From the sequence record OP599913.1: a stretch of 64,000 nt of DNA, one strand, 5' to 3'. This document shows positions 45,889 through 54,153 of the stretch, in pieces. The notes under the pieces were generated by a model. That model was not told the origin of the DNA, did not search any database, and saw only the letters and a program-made list of their open reading frames with translations. A program made the translations under genes and the position numbers. Position 1 is the first letter of the stretch. The number at the start of each line of letters is the position of its first letter.

Positions 45889-48800
45889 ATGGTAATGAAG
45901 ATCAAACTCCGTGAATGGGCTAATTTACCAGAAGAAACTGTTCTCCGTTGGTTAAATACCCGCCGGTGGGTGGAGGTTACGGATGACCTGGACCAGGTCG
46001 CTTTAACGGATACCTACGCCCTGATCATTACCTGGCATGGAATGATCATCCACCGACATTATAACGATGTTCCCTATTCCATTAAGGAGATGGTACCCAG
46101 TAATAAGGTGGAAGGGGCTGAAGACACCGTCTATAACGATGGAACCAACGCGACGCCTATTAACCAGTTCTTAAAGGTCATTCTTCCTACGATTATTGAC
46201 CCGGTGGAAGTGGACGGGATTAAACGGCTTATTCATATCTGGCAGAATAAGCTGAATAACCTGCTGGTGGTGATGAGTGAACGTTACGTTATTTCAGCCA
46301 CCGCTGAATCCGTAGCGGAGTTCATGGAAGATGAAGGGATCTCTGGAATACGGGACCGTGTCCTGAGCAAGGAGATTTCAATTGATGAGGGTGAGCGGGA
46401 GTTTGCGGATTATGTCCGGACCTCTCATTCCATTGCCAACAACACCCTCACCCTGCTGTCGCGTACGGGCGGGGTGGCCATTAACCAGGCGTATCAGAAG
46501 ACGATCATCCGGGGTAAGGTCTTTGACCTGAACAACTCGATCATGCCGAATGCGATTACGGTTCCGTATGCGCATGGGATTACCAACCTGGCTGATATGC
46601 TGGGTGAACGGAATGCAGCGGGTAAAGCCGGAGTTTTGTCTTCAAAGATAAAAATCCCTGGTGGATGGAAGACCATGGGTAACATCCGGGTGGGTGATGA
46701 AGTCGTTACACCCGATGGAGGTACCGCTAAGGTGCTGGCAGTTCACCCACAAGGTGTAACCAAGGTTGTACGGGTGCACTTCAAAGACGGTCGATATACT
46801 GACGTTAGTCCAGATCACCTGTGGAAGGTTAGACGTCATCATTGGTGCAACGATAAAGCCATGGCTAAACTCACTCGGGAGGAAGTGGAAGAACGTGTAT
46901 GGCGAGTCATCACCACCAATGAGTTGAAAGACTATATTGGTCTGTCAACTAAGGTATACGTCCAACTGATTGAACCTGAAAGAAATGCCGATAAACCCTT
47001 CAAAATTCACCCGTATGTGCTCGGTGTCTTGTTGGGGGATGGATGCATTAGTCAAAAGGCTGTGGATATCACCAAACCTTATCAACAGCTATTCGATAAG
47101 GTCCAATCGCTATTGCCAGAACATTTGGAGTGTGTTTGGCGGAGCAATGGTGATAAAGAACCTAAAACGTTCGGGATCCGTTTTAAAGATCGTCGGTCCG
47201 AACAGCACATCAACTGGCATATCCGTGATGGCCTGAAGGAACTGGGCTTGTATGGAATGCGGTCGTGGGGAAAAGTCATTCCCGAAGAATATCTTCACGG
47301 ATCGGCTAAACAACGTTTGGAGCTCCTCCAAGGACTGTTGGACACAGACGGAACTGTGGACAAACACAAATCGGTTAGCTTTAGCTCTTCGTCTAAGTTA
47401 CTCTCCCTCGGAGTGCAATACTTGGTCAGAAGCCTAGGGGGGATGGCACGTCTCCAAGAACGTACTCCCCACTACACCCACAATGGAGAAAAAAGGGAAG
47501 GTCGTACGGACTATCGGGTTTATATCCGATACCCTCGACCAGAAGAACTCTTCACCCTAGACCACAAACGGGAACGTGCGGTCTCGCACCAGCATACGGA
47601 AACCCTGAGACTGCAAGTAACTCATATTGAAGAACGTCCTGATGAGGAGACACAATGCATTACGATCGATCATCCTGATCATCTGTACATTACAGACGAC
47701 TTCATTGTCACCCACAACAGCTTGACCAATAACGGCAAGGCCCTGAAATCATCGGAATGGTTCCACCGGAAGGTGCATATCCTGTCCGCTGTGGTAGCGG
47801 ATATCGATCATTTCACGGACTGTGGAACGACCACTACAGTGCCGATCCGAATTCCCAATATGCAAGCGGCAATGGCACTGTTGGGTAAATTCAGGGTAAC
47901 CGATACAGGAGAATTAGAACTCATTGATCAAACCACGGTGTGGTCAATTAAGCCAGGGGAGTGGGTTAATATTCGTAGTGTGGCCTTCTGTAATCACTAC
48001 AATAGTGCTTCACCCTGCCGGGTATGCTACGGGATGATGGCGAGCTCTATCCCGTATAACGTGATGATGAAGAAAGGGGCTGATGTCGGGATGTGGTGTA
48101 CCACCTCGATCTGTAACCCCATCGGTCAGGGAATGCTCTCCACCAAGCATTTCATTCGGAATGCAACGACCCGTAAGTTCGTTCCTGCGACTAAGGATAA
48201 GAACGTTATCTATTCCAATGGTGACGATATTTTCCTGACTAAGGAGCTCTGCGCACCAGGCACTGAATTGGTGCTCAAAGCCGATATTGTGAACATCCTC
48301 TCGGATATCCGTTCCTTGGATGTTCTGGACAACTTGAGCCTGGATAAACTCCCGTACTTCTCTGAAGTCACATTCCGCTATGAAGTCGAAGACATCATGA
48401 TGGGGGGTAAGACCCTCCAGCAGCACGCGGCCTGTACCTCGGTGTCGTCTCGGAATGCCCGGTTCTCGTTGGAGTTCCTGAACTATCTCCTGAGTAAAGG
48501 TTGGGCGAACGAAGGTAAGAAACATATTACCGTTGATTTGAGTGAATGGAATACGCTCAGTCCTATCTTCACACTGCCGTATGTTCGTGAAGACTTGGAC
48601 ATGCACAGGGCTCGGGTAGAGAACTTCATCACGTTCAATAAACGCAATAACGCCTGGAGACAGCAGATCGTTACACCCCGTCTCTTTGGTGAAGTCTTAG
48701 CGGAATACTGGGGGTTGATCAACCAGGAAACGAAAGGAATTAACATCATCCATCCTGAGGTCTTACTCTATTCCACGTTGTGTCGGGATCCCATGCGCGG

Positions 48801-48993
48801 GGATTATTCCCTGGCGAATGGTAATGGACCTAAGTATTTCGTGAACTTCCAGGAGTGTATCAAAGGCAGAGGGGCGGGTATGCTAATGATCTACGAGAAC
48901 CAGCAAAATGTGCTGAGCGATCCTAAGACATTCCGTGTGGTAAACCGTCAGGGGAGTCCGCTGGAGTGCTTCTTTAGCTTAGCGGTGAGTTGA
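45889..48993 (+). CDS. Non-virion RNA polymerase beta'-like C-terminal subunit (phiKZ gp74-like), intein-containing (about 670 aa after splicing)
   Basis: Bridge-helix equivalent AAGK|SLTNNGKALKSSEWFHRK, then DCGT, RSVAFC...CRVCYG and IGQGMLSTKH. Confidence 0.9.
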   Translation: MVMKIKLREWANLPEETVLRWLNTRRWVEVTDDLDQVALTDTYALIITWHGMIIHRHYNDVPYSIKEMVPSNKVEGAEDTVYNDGTNATPINQFLKVILPTIIDPVEVDGIKRLIHIWQNKLNNLLVVMSERYVISATAESVAEFMEDEGISGIRDRVLSKEISIDEGEREFADYVRTSHSIANNTLTLLSRTGGVAINQAYQKTIIRGKVFDLNNSIMPNAITVPYAHGITNLADMLGERNAAGKAGVLSSKIKIPGGWKTMGNIRVGDEVVTPDGGTAKVLAVHPQGVTKVVRVHFKDGRYTDVSPDHLWKVRRHHWCNDKAMAKLTREEVEERVWRVITTNELKDYIGLSTKVYVQLIEPERNADKPFKIHPYVLGVLLGDGCISQKAVDITKPYQQLFDKVQSLLPEHLECVWRSNGDKEPKTFGIRFKDRRSEQHINWHIRDGLKELGLYGMRSWGKVIPEEYLHGSAKQRLELLQGLLDTDGTVDKHKSVSFSSSSKLLSLGVQYLVRSLGGMARLQERTPHYTHNGEKREGRTDYRVYIRYPRPEELFTLDHKRERAVSHQHTETLRLQVTHIEERPDEETQCITIDHPDHLYITDDFIVTHNSLTNNGKALKSSEWFHRKVHILSAVVADIDHFTDCGTTTTVPIRIPNMQAAMALLGKFRVTDTGELELIDQTTVWSIKPGEWVNIRSVAFCNHYNSASPCRVCYGMMASSIPYNVMMKKGADVGMWCTTSICNPIGQGMLSTKHFIRNATTRKFVPATKDKNVIYSNGDDIFLTKELCAPGTELVLKADIVNILSDIRSLDVLDNLSLDKLPYFSEVTFRYEVEDIMMGGKTLQQHAACTSVSSRNARFSLEFLNYLLSKGWANEGKKHITVDLSEWNTLSPIFTLPYVREDLDMHRARVENFITFNKRNNAWRQQIVTPRLFGEVLAEYWGLINQETKGINIIHPEVLLYSTLCRDPMRGDYSLANGNGPKYFVNFQECIKGRGAGMLMIYENQQNVLSDPKTFRVVNRQGSPLECFFSLAVS
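46627..47718 (+). mobile_element. Class-3-type intein (364 aa) with intact LAGLIDADG endonuclease
   Basis: Starts AGVLSSKIK. Block B DHLW, motifs LGVLLGDG and LQGLLDTDG, block F TQCITI, ends FIVTHN|S. Confidence 0.92.
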
Positions 48994-49020
48994 GTGGGTG
49001 ACCCCGTTCGTTAGTGTGGA

Positions 49021-49056
49021 CCTCTTAAGGGGGTCCTCGGAATCCCCCTTAAGAGG
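49021..49056 (+). promoter_or_regulatory. 13-bp hairpin sequestering the helicase ribosome-binding site
   Basis: cctcttaaggggg / cccccttaagagg. The 3' arm contains the AAGAGG SD 6 nt before ATG 49063, and there is no U tract. Confidence 0.55.
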
Positions 49057-49062
49057 TTGATT

Positions 49063-51345
49063 ATGCGAGCAACAGCAACTATCAGCAAAGCGAATCATTA
49101 CTTCAGAATCAACGGGTTCTATGAGGAATTCGCGGTTCGGGTAATTCTACCGTTTTGTAAACTGAATCTCTGCAAGATGGCTAAGAAGCCAATACCGGGT
49201 ACCCGGAAGCAGGCGTGGTTTGTTCAACACGTCTTTGCTCGGTCGAATTATGACAAGAGTGAATACCGGCTACCCATTGAAACCCTTAAAGAGTTTGTGG
49301 AATTTGCAGGCTACAGGGGGTATAAAGAATCCCGCCTGAAGATTCAGGATGAACCGGAGATCGAAGGCAAGGATGTTGTATTCGAATTCAATCCAGGGTT
49401 TGATCAGTTCAGGGAGGGCCAAGGTGAATGGATCGACTACATGCTGAGCGATGGGCACCTGAAGGTCAATAACGCCTCTACGGGCTTTGGGAAGATGCAA
49501 CCGCTGTACGCGAAGATCAAAGTCCCGGGTGGTTGGAAGACCATGGGGGAGATGACCATCGGTACCGAGGTCATTGCAGCGGATGGTACGGTCACTCAGG
49601 TGACCGGTGTTTACCCGCATGGTAAACAACCCATCTACCGTTTGCACTTCGAAGACGGGCGTTATACCGACGCGGGACTGGATCACCTGTGGAAAGTGTT
49701 TACAGAGGAGACTCAGGCATGGACAGTCGTTGATACCCGTTCCGTACAGACCCTGTTGGCGAAAGAGCCAGAAGGGGTATTTATCCCTCTGTGTGAGCCT
49801 GAAGACGGTCCAGAGAAGCCCTTTGTACCGGACCAATTGGAAGGTTCCCGCCAACAACGGCTGGAATACTTACGGCGACTCATGGATGAGAAAGGGTATG
49901 TGCGTGATGACGGTAGCCTGTCCTTTTCCAGTGAGGATGAGGTGGAAAGTACTACGGTTCAATACCTGGTCAGGAGTCTAGGGGGTATTGCCCGAAAGGT
50001 ACCGTCTACAGGACTGTACCGCCGTAGGCAATACCGGGTGTATATCAAGTACCCTCGTCCCGAGGAACTCTTTACCTTAGCGAATAAGGGTGGTGACCTG
50101 GCATCAAAGTCGGGTAACCAGTCCCTTAAACTCCGGGTGAGTCGTATTGAATTCATTGGGGAACACGAAGCCCAGTGTATCTCTGTAGCGCACCCGGATC
50201 GTCTGTACATCACGGACGACTTCATTGTCACTCACAACACCTATATGGCCATCCACAGCATGGTGAAGATTGGTAAACGGACGTTAATCACCATGCAACC
50301 CCGTTACCAGATCAACTGGATACGGGAACTCAACAAGATCGTTAAACTCATTCCAGGGGATCTCTTAATCTGGGAGAATACCCTGGAATCGTTGTATGAG
50401 TGTTTAGAAGACGGGAAGTTTGATCCTAAGATCATTATTATTCCGATGTCTCGTATTGAGGTCTTCCTCCGTAAGGGGAAAGAGACCCGAGACGGGTTAC
50501 ATATGGATGATTTGATCAAACGGATCAATCCGGGATTAAGGATCATTGATGAAGGGCATGAAGCGATTCATCAGATCTTCTTGTCCTTAATGTTTGGGAA
50601 TATCAAGAAACTCTTCCTGCTCTCAGCCACCTTGAAAGCAGACGATCCCTTTACGAACAAGATGTACCAGTACTTGTTCCCTAAGCGGCTACGGTTAAAG
50701 GAGGCAGAACCCGAGCATTACATCGATGTAGTGGCGTACCTGTATCGCCTCAACACCCGTCGTTATCATCTCAAGACGGATCAGTTTGGGGCGTATAACG
50801 ATAAGACGTTTGAAAAGAGCATCTTAAAGTCGGGTGTACTCCTGGCATTCTACTTTAAACTGGTTAATAAGGCCTTTAAGGAGTATTACCTCAATGTGAG
50901 GCGTGAGGGAACGAAGTGCTTGTTCTTCTTCTCCAGGGTCAATATGTGCGATGCCATGTTGGAACTGTTCAGGAAAGAATATCCCGGTTGGGATTTCGAA
51001 ACTTTTACTGGGGATGATTCCAAGCTGAAAGATAAGAAAGACAAGTACTTAAAGCACGAGATCATCATTACGACTCCGAACAGTTGTGGGACAGGTAAGG
51101 ATATCGGGGGGTTGGTAACGGTGATCTGCGCCCACACGGTTGCGTCGACTCAGGCTAATAAGCAGATCATTGGACGACTCAGGGCGTTGTCGGGTAAGTT
51201 CAATAATGAGATCGACCCTGCCTTTGTGTTCCTGGTGTGTTTGGACTTAGCGAAGCACGTGGAATACTTGGGCAAACGGGAACAGGTGTTCTTTGAGAAA
51301 CAGAAGACCTTCAAGCGTATCAATTCGGAATGCTCCCTGGACTGA
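49063..51345 (+). CDS. Superfamily 2 (DEAH) helicase, intein-containing (about 512 aa after splicing)
   Basis: Walker A NASTGFGK|TY, IIDEGHE, LSAT and QIIGRLR motifs. Confidence 0.92.
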   Translation: MRATATISKANHYFRINGFYEEFAVRVILPFCKLNLCKMAKKPIPGTRKQAWFVQHVFARSNYDKSEYRLPIETLKEFVEFAGYRGYKESRLKIQDEPEIEGKDVVFEFNPGFDQFREGQGEWIDYMLSDGHLKVNNASTGFGKMQPLYAKIKVPGGWKTMGEMTIGTEVIAADGTVTQVTGVYPHGKQPIYRLHFEDGRYTDAGLDHLWKVFTEETQAWTVVDTRSVQTLLAKEPEGVFIPLCEPEDGPEKPFVPDQLEGSRQQRLEYLRRLMDEKGYVRDDGSLSFSSEDEVESTTVQYLVRSLGGIARKVPSTGLYRRRQYRVYIKYPRPEELFTLANKGGDLASKSGNQSLKLRVSRIEFIGEHEAQCISVAHPDRLYITDDFIVTHNTYMAIHSMVKIGKRTLITMQPRYQINWIRELNKIVKLIPGDLLIWENTLESLYECLEDGKFDPKIIIIPMSRIEVFLRKGKETRDGLHMDDLIKRINPGLRIIDEGHEAIHQIFLSLMFGNIKKLFLLSATLKADDPFTNKMYQYLFPKRLRLKEAEPEHYIDVVAYLYRLNTRRYHLKTDQFGAYNDKTFEKSILKSGVLLAFYFKLVNKAFKEYYLNVRREGTKCLFFFSRVNMCDAMLELFRKEYPGWDFETFTGDDSKLKDKKDKYLKHEIIITTPNSCGTGKDIGGLVTVICAHTVASTQANKQIIGRLRALSGKFNNEIDPAFVFLVCLDLAKHVEYLGKREQVFFEKQKTFKRINSECSLD
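49495..50238 (+). mobile_element. Class-3-type intein (248 aa) with a truncated endonuclease
   Basis: Starts MQPLYAKIK. DHLW and AQCISV motifs, ends FIVTHN|T. The first LAGLIDADG motif is absent and the second is decayed (LMDEKG). Confidence 0.9.
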
Positions 51346-51385
51346 GGTCCCAGGGAGGTTCCCTTTATGTCGGGGTACTGCGACT

Positions 51386-51811
51386 ATGCCGCTATTCAAA
51401 CGTCAGCCCATGCTGATCATTTCATGCCCTAATATCGGACAGATCAGCTGGGTAGCCACTCAGTTGGTCGAGGATTCCCTTTACCACATCTTTGCGGATG
51501 GTTCACTCGTTGAAGATGACATTCTAGAAGAATGGTTAGAAACCGAAACCGAAGGCATCCTTTTTGATGAAGAGGGGGGTGTTAAAATGTCCCCCCTACT
51601 GCACGAGCAGGAATATTGGAACCTGGTTAAGGATCCTCACGCCATGACCGTGTTTTACACGGACGAAGCCCTCGGCATTCTGAATCACCTTTTCCAGTTA
51701 AATAAGGACAAGCTCGCAGAGGTGTCAAATACGCTCTCTGTTGAACGTTACTGGGTAATCCGACACCTACCTAACCATTGGCTCATAAAACTCTATGGTG
51801 ACCCTAAATGA
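51386..51811 (+). CDS. Hypothetical protein
   Basis: Start refined to MPLFKRQP; the stop overlaps the next start. Confidence 0.65.
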   Translation: MPLFKRQPMLIISCPNIGQISWVATQLVEDSLYHIFADGSLVEDDILEEWLETETEGILFDEEGGVKMSPLLHEQEYWNLVKDPHAMTVFYTDEALGILNHLFQLNKDKLAEVSNTLSVERYWVIRHLPNHWLIKLYGDPK

Positions 51812-52188
51812 CCTATTCCTGCAACCCTCACAGCCGTACTGTTAAGTCCCAGAACGTCAGAACCCCCGGAATGGAGTCTCTGCGTCAGAAATTCATCCTG
51901 AAGATTCTGGTAACCGAACGAGTTCGATGCTTCATGGATGAAGTGAACTTTGATATGTCAGGTGAATTTATCCGTAAGTTCATTACAGTGCCTCCGGAAT
52001 ATACCGAGCCTGAAACCATCGAACAGTACATCCAAACCGAAGTCCTGGACATCATGGAAGCGTTTAAGCAGTATGAGGAGAATGCGGTGTACCAGGAGGA
52101 CCTAAAAGCCCTGTTGCCGTATAAAGGTCATCGGTGGCATCTGGTGTCTTCAACAGACTCCGGAGTACTTATTACAGTCGAGGCATAG
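51808..52188 (+). CDS. Hypothetical protein
   Basis: 126 aa, translationally coupled. Confidence 0.65.
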   Translation: MTYSCNPHSRTVKSQNVRTPGMESLRQKFILKILVTERVRCFMDEVNFDMSGEFIRKFITVPPEYTEPETIEQYIQTEVLDIMEAFKQYEENAVYQEDLKALLPYKGHRWHLVSSTDSGVLITVEA

Positions 52189-52193
52189 GGTGT

Positions 52194-52673
52194 ATGAAGT
52201 CTGTTATCATAAACCTCGATCCTGATACCCGAGCGGAGCTGTATGCGGATGTTTCCAATACACTCATGGATTTCATCCTGATAGAAGCCTTAACGATCGC
52301 TTTAAAGGACTATTCGTCATCCGTAGAAACGCTCCAAGACGCTATAGCCGATCCTGAATACTACAAAAACGATCCGGATACGAACATTGAACAGTCAATT
52401 GAATTACTGCTCGATGTACTGAAAGAGCTAGACCGACAGGATGGAGAAGATGTCGAGTCTCCCTTTTACGACGTGTCCAGTTATTCGGATTGGCTCAGGG
52501 ATAAACTGTGTTTAGCCATTAGCTCCATAACAGATGCTAATAGCCCCTTGGATTTCATGATGTTGAATGACGTCCTCACTCTTCCTGAACTCAGTAAACA
52601 GTTCAACTTCCAAGGGAAACACCTGAATAACCGTGTTGTCATGTTGCTAACTGGAGTCGATGACCATCTCTAG
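52194..52673 (+). CDS. Acidic hypothetical protein
   Basis: Start refined to MKSVIINL; followed by a terminator. Confidence 0.7.
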   Translation: MKSVIINLDPDTRAELYADVSNTLMDFILIEALTIALKDYSSSVETLQDAIADPEYYKNDPDTNIEQSIELLLDVLKELDRQDGEDVESPFYDVSSYSDWLRDKLCLAISSITDANSPLDFMMLNDVLTLPELSKQFNFQGKHLNNRVVMLLTGVDDHL

Positions 52674-52685
52674 ACAGTACGCGTA

Positions 52686-52740
52686 TACTACCTCCCTTCC
52701 TTGCGGAAGGGAGGTAGTAGTCGTTTATTTATTTATTTCA
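52686..52740 (+). terminator. Intrinsic terminator
   Basis: tactacctcccttcc / ggaagggaggtagta 15-bp stem plus T-rich tail. Confidence 0.8.
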
Positions 52741-52831
52741 ATGCCACTTCAAGATCCAGGAGATTGGTCTTGTATTCTAAGAAAAGACAAACCTAAATCA
52801 TTAAAGTGAATAACCGCCAATCGGTGTTTCG

Positions 52832-52894
52832 ATGTCTATCTCCGGCTCACAACCCTTCCACAAAGGCCACTCATTCAAACGCGTAGCTTATTAA
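52832..52894 (+). CDS. Possible 20-aa micropeptide (MSISGSQPFHKGHSFKRVAY) or small RNA
   Basis: Lies between the promoter motif at 52793 and a hairpin plus T tract at about 52900-52945. The SD is weak. Confidence 0.3.
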   Translation: MSISGSQPFHKGHSFKRVAY

Positions 52895-53109
52895 TCCTAC
52901 CTCCCGCCCTTAACCGGGTGGTGGGGTTAGTATTCACCTTTATTTTAGTTAAAATCCTTATTATCTCTAAAACGCTCTGTAATGCGTTCTAAGAGGTTTT
53001 AATAAAACCCTAGGGTAGTGTTACCTTACCTCTGTTTAACGCTTATACGCGTTAATAGACCCTTTAAAGAGGGTATTACCCTATTACCTTTCCATAAGGA
53101 ACCTTTCTA

Positions 53110-54087
53110 ATGACGATTAACACCCTTACCGACCTCTTTACCCCCGAGGAACTGAGCACCTACCAACAACATCCCTTCCCGTACAACCTCCCCCTCCTTA
53201 AAACAGCTCTGGATAAGAAACTTCAAGAAGATCCTACTTACGAAGTCTTTATTCCTCTCTACTACCGTAAGCAAGATAAACGAGTCAAGGATGACAACGC
53301 CCTTAAGGAAATCAAACTCCATTACCTCCTGATTAGCAATAAAGGTAAGATCCTCTCCTGCAATAACCCTGAAAAGGAATACCGAGAGATTCCTACCAGT
53401 GTACACCCAGGTGGTTACACCAATGCCTTTATTGCTGTACAGGGCAAGAATAACAGTGTAGCCCTTCATAGAGCCTTAGGGTGTACCTTCATTCCCGTAT
53501 CGGAAGAACTCCTTGAACAGGGGTACCACCCTAAGGACTTGGAAGTCAATCACATTGATGGAGATAAACAGAATTGGGATCTCGATAACCTTGAGTGGTG
53601 TACCACTAAGCAAAACATCAATCACGCTGTTGAAACGGGACTTATGGCATCAGGTAAGGAACATCAGGATACCAAGCCTGTTAAGGGGAAAGTGATCAGA
53701 GGGAACCATATTGGTTACGAGTTTGTACTCTTTGGAGGAAGTAACTTAGAAGAGTACGGGTTTGACCAAGCAGCGGTCAGTAATGCGGCTAATGGGAATC
53801 TGAAGTCGCATGGGAACTGTGAGTGGTGCTTCGCTACGGAGGAGGACATCCAGAACCTTCCCCACACTATCCCTGAGGAGATCACCAAGGATCTGAAGGA
53901 TGTTTCCCCTTGGATCAAGTACCGGTTTATTGGAACGAATCTAAAGACCGGTGAGACGATCGTTATTCACAGCCCAGCGGAGGCTAAGGAGAAAGGGTTT
54001 AACATCAATGGAATCAGGAACAACCTTTGTGGGATTAGTCGTTCCAGTGGAGGGTATTCCTGGACTCAAGAACTCTTAACACCATAA
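53110..54087 (+). CDS. Free-standing HNH homing endonuclease
   Basis: VALHRALGCTF...EVNHIDGDKQNWDLDNLEWCT..NINHA motif and C-terminal NUMOD-like repeats. AAGGA SD. Confidence 0.92.
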   Translation: MTINTLTDLFTPEELSTYQQHPFPYNLPLLKTALDKKLQEDPTYEVFIPLYYRKQDKRVKDDNALKEIKLHYLLISNKGKILSCNNPEKEYREIPTSVHPGGYTNAFIAVQGKNNSVALHRALGCTFIPVSEELLEQGYHPKDLEVNHIDGDKQNWDLDNLEWCTTKQNINHAVETGLMASGKEHQDTKPVKGKVIRGNHIGYEFVLFGGSNLEEYGFDQAAVSNAANGNLKSHGNCEWCFATEEDIQNLPHTIPEEITKDLKDVSPWIKYRFIGTNLKTGETIVIHSPAEAKEKGFNINGIRNNLCGISRSSGGYSWTQELLTP

Positions 54088-54101
54088 CCGAAATACCCCC
54101 C

Positions 54102-54133
54102 CCCCTTCCTCTCCGATTAGGGAGAGGAAGGGG
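54102..54133. terminator. Terminator between convergent genes
   Basis: ccccttcctctcc / ggagaggaagggg stem. Confidence 0.7.
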
Positions 54134-54153
54134 TTTAGGGTGTTATTTTCAGT

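Noticed and set aside
54096-54105. Poly-C tract as a phase-variation site
   Set aside because: It is intergenic and overlaps the 5' arm of a terminator hairpin, so no frame or promoter spacing is affected.
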